A DNA stretch of 57,326 nucleotides, the filler included, from Sphacelaria rigidula (lineage: Eukaryota): NCBI GenBank assembly GCA_964200075.2. It is 7 parts of 7 records of this genome, joined end to end, with 100 filler letters (N's around TTAATTAATTAA, not from the genome) between each part and the next. Parts side by side here need not be neighbours in the genome. Positions count along the whole stretch, not along the records: positions 49,224 to 57,326 come from CAXNAA020012288.1; 6 more parts are not named here. One strand, given 5' to 3'. The notes under the pieces were generated by a model. It was not told the DNA's origin. It ran no database searches and was given only the letters and a program-made list of their open reading frames with translations. The number at the start of each line of letters is the position of its first letter. Position 1 is the first letter of the stretch. The translations under genes were made by a program, and so were the position numbers. Shown piece by piece: positions 49,772 to 57,326 of this stretch.

Positions 49772-50206
49772 GTGTGGTTGGTACAAACCCAGAACAGAAT
49801 ATCTGTAAATGAATAAGACCTCCTCCAGCGTTTACTTCTTTGATCGAAAGTTTGGTAACTATGATTTTGTGAACCGTAGAGTTATGCTCGTGCAAATGAA
49901 TCATAGTATCATGGTACGGCAAAAAAGCTGGGTACGTACGAATCGGACCGTACTGACTCTATTCAACGCTCTAGTGATGAGAAGTTGATAGCTACCCAGT
50001 AGATTAATGGAGGCATCTGTTTGAGTGAGTTATGTATCCACAATTTCGGGGGTCACTCGAAAGATCTCACCCGGGGCGTTTCTTCTCCACCTCTCGTCTG
50101 GGGAAATCGACGAGATCGTGCAGGTAGCCAACGCAGGGACATGATACAAGGTACCCGGTACAGCTTGGGTGTTGTAGCTTCACGCGCTATTGTGCCGGGG
50201 TTCTCT

Positions 50207-50209
<3 letters not shown>

Positions 50210-50248
<39 letters not shown>
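50210..50248. repeat. (TG)n microsatellite
   Basis: Seen directly. Confidence 0.95.
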
Positions 50249-50252
<4 letters not shown>

Positions 50253-52029
50253 TGTTTTGCTAAAGTTGGGTAATAATCGTTACTCAGAAGTATACCAGTT
50301 ACCTATCATCTACGGTATATCCAGAGGCGAGCAGAGCAGAGCTCAGACGTTCCAACACGCAGAAATTTCCATGCAAAATTAGTGTCGCCCACGCGTGAAA
50401 AGCGAGCGGGTTTGTCCTCCACCAACTCTCTCCTCGGAACGACACCAGCGGCTAATATTCAACGTTGAAGACCCCGACACCATACCTGAACAACTCCTCC
50501 CCGCTTGCGATAGCCACCCCCATAATTGTAACTAGTCAAATACCGTGTATCCCGTGGCTCTCAACCCCTTAGTCATGCGATTGTTTCAACCAAAACGGTT
50601 ATTTTCACATATTTTCAGTGGTTCATTTACGGTCGATCGAAGGCGATCTCCTCAGCACCAGTGCGTGGGAACAAGTGCTCCCTATGAACAACAAGCAGGC
50701 GTGCACGATACCGTAGGGTGATGGAGGCTCCCGAAGAAAGGTTGTTCGTAGCTTCTGCTGCTGATGACCGCTGTAGTTGTCCTGATGCCGACGGGAATAC
50801 TAAAAGTGCCTTACATCTCTTTGTGTGACATGGGAGCAAGAAGGCAGGGACAGCCGAGGTTTGTCTAGCCTGTGTACCCGGCCTCATAACATCGTGCTCC
50901 TCATAGGTAAGGCAGGCTGTTGTCGAGGATCGGGAGGTCCAACAATCATGGGCGAGACCGGTCCTTTCGGCCTGGTCCGTCTCACGTTGTTGTCGAAGCG
51001 GTTTTTGCCGCGACAAAGGGGCCTCCGATCATTTGCGCATGTTATGCCATCTGTTTCCAGTGTCCACATACATTTGTGGCTTTCTCACCGAACCCTCTCC
51101 TTTGTGTGCGTCGACCTCACACGGACCGGATTAGATGTGGCTGAGGCGATCATTCAGTCAACGAAATATTCTTGTCGCAAAAGACAGTCTTTGCATTATG
51201 TGATGCAACCGTTTGTGAAGCGAACCGTTCCTCCGTGGAAACCATTTCTGAACTGTGTGCGACTGTTCATGAAATCACGGGCCTCTATAACAAGTGAAGC
51301 TCTTCTCTGTACTGTGGTGTTGATTAACACGTACTGTTATTTGTAGCTATCCTCAGCTATCGATCCAGGCGAATATTTTCCGCTCATGCTAGCGTGTCCT
51401 GGACACTGGGCGTTAGATGCGAATCCGCGCGGCTAAATTACATTTATCCACCAGTGAGCATGTTTGTCAGGATTTGGTCATTCGTGAGAACCGTAACAAA
51501 GGATATCTCGATCGAGATAGTCGTCTTGGAGTTTTGCGAGGATCAGGTAATCCGTCAAAACCAGTATCAAATAGATCCGGTGCAAGACGACTGTCCTCGA
51601 TATTAGAAACGAGGCAATGCAAGCCTGTGTTTATTCTGTCCGCACTCCTCGTGTTAAAACTCAAAAATTGAAACTGACTTTTGTTGTTGTCATGAATGCC
51701 CACGTTGTTGTTGGGATGAACCCTGATCAGCACGGTATCCCCTTCACCTTCCGTATGACGCAGCTGTCGCTGGATTGCGTGTTTAGGTGTCTCCAATACT
51801 CCATTATGTTTGTCGACATGGCTCAGTTTTCACATGCCAAGCTATTTCCCAAAACATTTCGCTCGTTCTTAACCAATGAATCAAATCAGTGTGTAGCCGA
51901 GTTTATTGTGAGACCACAAGTTCAACGCATTCAACGTTTCATCCAGTTAGTTGACCAGTCCCTTCGATTTCTGTTCCTGGCATTGTTGGAAGGCTCATCT
52001 GGTCTTGTCTCCCTGGTGAGTTCATTAGC

Positions 52030-55000
52030 TGCTCGGTAGGCACTTGGCTCGGTAGGCCAGGTCTGCCGCAGGGCTGTATCCTTCCAGGCGCAACCGATAC
52101 ATTGAATCGGTCGAATTTTACTCCAAGACCATGCTGATGACCTATCGTAGCACTGTGTCCACCGAGGACCGCGAATGATGGCTTTGCACTTCACCTACTA
52201 GGGACAACGTATCCTGGCCTAGCACTTTGTCAACAACACATTGTAGCTTTTTTTTAGGCGACGTTAGGTGTGGTCAGCCCACCTCAGGGAGAGGCAGTGT
52301 TTCGTCCAAGAAGTGGTGGGCCAGTGTTTTGAAGTCTTGCTCTGTAGGAGTCGCCCGAGGCTCATTTCTTTTCAAATTGGAGAAATGTACCGACACATTT
52401 CTAGAGTTGGTGTCTTAACCGTCCTCGAACTGTTACCAGTCATATTGTCGATCAGCTTGTGTATGGTTCTCGTTGCCGTACAATTGAAGCTCTGAGACGA
52501 AGCTTGAATGCTAGGTAAGACACGATATATTTTGTTCTTGTCCTTCTGCTTGCCCAAGATCTTGTAGATTGCGCCTAACAACTCTGGACGCCGAATGACA
52601 GGTGGCCTGTGCGCGTGTGTGTGGTTTCGTAAATTCGTTGTTGTCGTTGCCTGCTTTTCTTCAGAAATATCGAGAGTGATGACTACTGCTAGCATTAGAA
52701 CGTTGAGAAGCGTGGAGTCTCCTGCATCGTTACGTGAAATGACGCCTCATGAAACATCTGTACAAGTTTGAGTGTTGATACCTTTTTATCATCACCAACT
52801 GAAAGTCTGCATTTCTCGCATGACGTGCATCGTAGATGTACACGCTCCGACATCTAGTTTCCTTGAGAGTGTCGAGACGTCGTCCGTATTTTGTATTGAA
52901 TCGCATCGTGCTGCTATTTATGAAGACTATTCTCAAACTCAACACCATGATCGGAATTCAGATCTCGGGGATGCCGGACGTAGTGGACTTTTGAGCAATG
53001 AGTGTTCCTACTAGTGCTGTTGCCTTTTTACTCGGCACTGGTATACGTCATTCAACGTGTTTCATGACGGATAGTATATATTCAAGTCGCACTCCATCAA
53101 TAGGCACCGGTGGTGTTGTGTGTTCGACTCAGTATACCAGTATTTCTGGTATGCCCGCTCCATTGTATATAATATGTAGGTAGTTCCGAGTTTCGATCTG
53201 TCATCGGCCGTTTTGCAGCGCTGGGACTTTGCCACTCTGAGCACCATCGACGCTCATGGTAGGCTACCAATGTTCTTTCTATTTTTGTCGGACGTTGGTT
53301 TGAACGCTACGTGTGCAGCTGACAGCGCATGGTTGTGGCATACATGTTACACAAAATGGATCAACGTCAATGGTTACCGTAGTACAAATCACGGCCCTGC
53401 TTGCTGGTGCAATACTTGGTAACACCACTGCTTTAAAAAAGCATGAGAAGTACGTGTTTTTATTCTTTGTTTAGATCTACACCCGAACACATATCGAACT
53501 CGAGTGTTCTTCTCTAGATAGCCAAGCCTACTTTTTATTTTTCCTCGGGAACCGTGGCTTTTCAAAATATAGGTCAATACGGTAGAATATGTAGTTTTTA
53601 TGATCATAAGGTTAGAAAGTTCAAGTCTTCTCATTTTCTACTTTCATCAACAATTAGTTCATATTTGAATAATCCACCCACGATATGGATGTCCGTCCGG
53701 GATATTGGTGTCTGCCTAGGGTATAAATGCCTTGGGGTATGAGTGTCCATCTGGCATATGGATATCCATGTGGGACGTAGACATCCCACATACATATCCC
53801 ACATGAATACCCCCGGTGAAGGTCCATCGTTCATATTTCAGATGGACATCTCAGACGGGCCTGATATCCCAGATGCATATCCTAGATGGACATTGAAATC
53901 TCAGACGGATCTGCCAAATGGAGGTTGCACGACAATACGAGGCTCCCTATTTGATTATGGAGTGAACTGTTGTTTAATGTGTTCATAACTTCAGACAAAT
54001 TACGACAATTCGGCCCTAATGATGGCTTCATTTCGGCCTCCCATTGCTCCTTGAATGTATATCATCACGATAGTTTGTCTGGAAATATGTGCAATTTTCC
54101 TTAACTCTGGTTCATTGCAAAATCGACTGATTGTAGAGCGAGTCCCCACCGTGTCAGCATGTTTCTTTGTGCCCTGCATTGCGTAGAAGTATTTGAGGGC
54201 TGCGTGATCATCAACGTATGCAAAGTGTCGGCTCCACAACAACGAGCGCCTGTGTTCTTTCGCTCGTATGACTGTGCAGAACTTTGTGAGAGTTGGTGAA
54301 TATCATGGCGCGACTGAACATCACTGGAACCCTTGTGACAAACCGTGCTTTGATCACACGTCGCCGTCCCTGTGCGAAACGTACGCACCTACCGCTCGAC
54401 CACGTTTGTGTCGATTATGACCACCAAGTTTTAGATCAAACCAGGGAATGTAGAATAGTTGTCCCTGTCAAAAATTAAACGGAGCTGTTGCGGACGCTTT
54501 TTTGTGCTCTAGATTTCATCCCTTTGATATTCGCTGCACTACCGTTTTCCGCGAGATCAACCTAAGGCGCGGTTTCAAAAGCTGAATTGGGTATGTATAC
54601 GTCAGATGTTTTCTTCCACGCCATACTAAGTACTGACCGTTGATTTCTGGAGGCCTCAGCAAATTCAAAATTGCCGTGATTCGGTCGTCGTCGATGGTGA
54701 GTTCATCTGTCTGCAGTGCACACCCTAAATATTTGACTCCTTTTGAGTCAAAATCGCACTTTGGACGACCTCAAGGTTAGGTTAGGCTTCCTGCTCAAAG
54801 TGTTTGTTTTGATCGTGTTTTCCAAGAGCACGATATGGCTCTCCGAAATTGATGAGCAACGAATCAGGTCGTCCATATATAGTAATGGTCCACTCTTGTG
54901 TTCAAGGTGTGCAAATGTACACGCCATTGCTCCCAAGAAGACGAAGGGTGAAGACGCTGAAGCGCACGGTAAGCTCAATACACATTAACGAAGCTGAGTA

Positions 55001-55030
55001 CCAAATGCGGCTTCTTAGAATCTCCCAAGT
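52030..55030 (-). pseudogene. Heavily decayed Ty3/Gypsy pol (RT-RNase H-integrase-chromodomain-like)
   Basis: LYMDDL (54868-54879); RNase H region LWSRHF..DHAALKY..LTRWGLALQSVDF (54065-54245); integrase NSDHGVEFEN and HSQGN*MSERVH (52835-52960); YRLRLEGYSPAADL (~52060-52101); Gypsy domain order. Confidence 0.85.
53680..53912. repeat. Degenerate GGATATCC/GACATC-motif repeat inserted in the Gypsy relic
   Basis: Repeated gatatgg/atatcc/gacatc motifs interrupt pol between RNase H and integrase. Confidence 0.5.
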
Positions 55031-55292
55031 GTTTCAAAGCACGTTGCTTCCGATGGTGCCGTCATTGTCAGCGCGAGTCTTCGGATGCTATTTTTCTGCG
55101 TCCCGGTGTAAGACACCTCCAGATGCACTCAAGATTGTGTGCTTCTAGTGGTGAAACAACGGTTTATTTGAAAGCAGAGTCGCTTGTTCCAGCGGGATGG
55201 AATATGACTATTACCAACGAAAAAAACAAGCGGATCAGTTGCTTAGCCTCTCAAGAAGCTGTTTCACCATCATGCAGTCAGAGCAGTACTAC

Positions 55293-55647
55293 TGTTGTTT
55301 TTTTGTTTTGCCCTCACCTCTAACTTGTCCCCTTCCTCGTGACGCGTCCGTGACCTCAAGGGACCGCCCCAATCCCTCCCGCGATTCGGTAGGCGCCTGC
55401 CATTTTGGCATCGTAGATGAAGTCAAGCGGCACTCTGGCATCGCATCGACTGTCGTCTCATAAATATAGCCAAACGTACTCTTTCTGCTGCTCACGTACG
55501 TCCTCACGTACCTCTTCACGATTACAACGGCGGGAATCAGATACGAGTACTGCTGACAAGAAAGCTATACGAGGCGCATCGGGTGGAAATCAAACTCGCG
55601 TTTTTCCAGCTCTAATGGTGCCAGCTGTACCATTAAATGACTAGAGC
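55293..55647 (-). mobile_element. Older copy of the tRNA-derived SINE family
   Basis: Shares cccttcctcg..gtccgtg-ctcaaggga and cggcg--aatcagatacgagta with 45826-46127; decayed A/B boxes. Confidence 0.65.
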
Positions 55648-56327
55648 GCGGCGGCGATTTTCACGGTACAATGCAGTAGGGTACTGTACTGCCACGCGTT
55701 GCGCTTGGCAAACCATCAGCATCTATTGCTGAAGCTCATGAAGAATCACCCTTACTATCTGTGCTGTAATCCCATGACGGTAACACCTCCCGAAAACATA
55801 CACGAGAGTTGAACCACCCCACCGGCTTCAGCCAAACGCGCTGGCAGCTTTTAAACATGAAGAAATATCGCAGGCCTGTCCACCGAAAAGCTACAATTTT
55901 TACCGTTCAGCGGCTAAGTTCTATATATGAGAACTGCAACAGCTTTGCCAACTGCACAAAAGAAGTATTAATACCCCGCCAGTCACCAAGAAACATACAT
56001 CAAAATGTTGCACTGACATTTCTCCAAAGCCAGACACTTGTCAGGGTGGCGGAGATTCAACAATAAAATGTAATAGGGCCCACACGAAACACCGTTTCGA
56101 TTCCTGCGGCAAACCGCGTTGCGTCGAAATTTGAATGCATGTTTGTTGTGTAGAGTGTCCGACATTTGACTCCGCCGAAATAATCAACGCCACTCAGGGG
56201 GAAGAGCGGAGGAACGTTTTTGACACGCAGGCCCCCCTCCCCCCCNNNNNNNNNNCGAGCTAGTGCCTCCGCCGAACAAAAAACACCCACCCGGGGGGGG
56301 GGGGGGGGGGCGGGTTTTTCTCGGCGG

Positions 56328-57240
56328 CCCCCCCCCCCCCCCCCCCCCGCCCCCGCGGAAGGCGTTGTTTTCAAAACTTGTCATGATCGTTTTGATTTGT
56401 TTTTGTAAACTTTGTTGCAAGAAATTGGTCAATAACCGTTGCTTTGATTTTTTCTGTTAACTTTGTTACGAGAAATTGATCAATAAACGCTGGGAAAATC
56501 CGAGAAGTCTGGTGGGCTTTGCGGGGTTCGTATATCTGCTTCTGCTCCTTGCTCGTTCTGTTCCGATGATCTCAGATGCCGGAGGGTATTTTTTCGGAAA
56601 TTATGCTGTTTTTTTGGAATTTTTTCTGTTGACTTTGTTGCAAGAAACTGATTAATGAACATGGACAAAATCCGACAAGTGTGGTGGGCTGTGCGGGGTA
56701 TGTATTTGCTTCTGCTCCTTGCCCGCTCTGTTCCGATGGCCTCAGATGCCGGAGGGCATTTTTTCAAAAATTGTCACGGTTTTTTTTATTTTGTTTCGTT
56801 AATTTCGTCGCAGAAAATTGATCAATAAGCACTGCCGAAAACCGAAAAGTCTGGTGGGCTTTGCGGGGTTTATAAATTTGCCTCTGCTCCTAGCCCGCTC
56901 TGTCCCGATGGCCTCAGATGCCGGAGGGCATTTTTTCAAAAATTGTCCTGATTTTTGGAATATGATGCTGTCACCTTTATTGAAATAAACTGATCAATAA
57001 ACATTGACAAGATCCGAGACGTCTTGAGGGCTTTGCGAGTTTTGTATATTTGCTTCTGCTTCTTAATATATATATATATATAAAAAAAATTATATATATT
57101 AAGGGGTAGAAGCATATATAATATAATGAAATATATGATACTTACATAAAGATCTCTACTGTCCACGGCAGCTGACCGCATCCTCCAACGCTGCGGCAAT
57201 AAACCAGGAGACACACGGCTGGGTGTCCCCCCCCCCCCCA
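56328..57240 (+). repeat. 'Family C' element with ~4 tandem 170-172 bp units, a (TA)-rich stretch and a poly(C) end
   Basis: ccggaggg(c/t)attttt starts at 56579, 56749 and 56921; the 3' part matches 12340-12404. Confidence 0.85.
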
Positions 57241-57326
57241 CCCTCCCCCTATGTAGAGACGTCGAAACGGGAGGGTAGTGGCCCGACAGAACTGCAGAGA
57301 GAGTTTACTAGAGATGAAGTAAAAGA

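Noticed and set aside
50824-50845. TGTGACA-TGG, a possible LTR end plus PBS
   Set aside because: No second LTR, and no gag recognisable downstream.
56220-56460. Gly/Pro-rich ORFs
   Set aside because: Translations of G and C homopolymer runs next to an N gap.

Overview
Eukaryotic, intron-rich, repeat-rich DNA, probably from a brown alga or other flagellated photosynthetic stramenopile (inferred from the IFT80 exon, a DUF1499 gene, intron style and TE content). The window is not one locus. It is seven contigs of almost identical length (8104, 8104, 8104, 8104, 8104, 8103, 8103 bp) joined by 100-nt N/TTAATTAATTAA/N linkers, so nothing can be concluded from adjacency across linkers. Host genes found by reading spliced exons: a near-complete DUF1499 gene (minus strand, 42265-46607), the first two coding exons of a Vti1/NPSN-like SNARE (23301-23934), single exons of phosphopantothenate-cysteine ligase (8480-8613) and IFT80 (49625-49771), and several exons of unknown proteins. 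Most of the rest is TE-derived: a truncated Ty1/Copia with LTR, a decayed Ty3/Gypsy pol with a chromodomain-like end, the 5' end of a plant-type (Stowaway/DD39D-like) mariner, hAT/piggyBac-like MITEs, a long foldback element, tRNA-derived SINEs and tandem repeats. The most unusual signal is a set of tiny (~30-75 nt) retroposon-like elements in two subfamilies. They end in a poly(C) run rather than poly(A), and four copies are flanked by 9-18 bp target-site duplications that begin with that C run, which suggests a C/G-tract-primed retrotransposition system. All protein-family calls are from visual motif recognition, not database searches.
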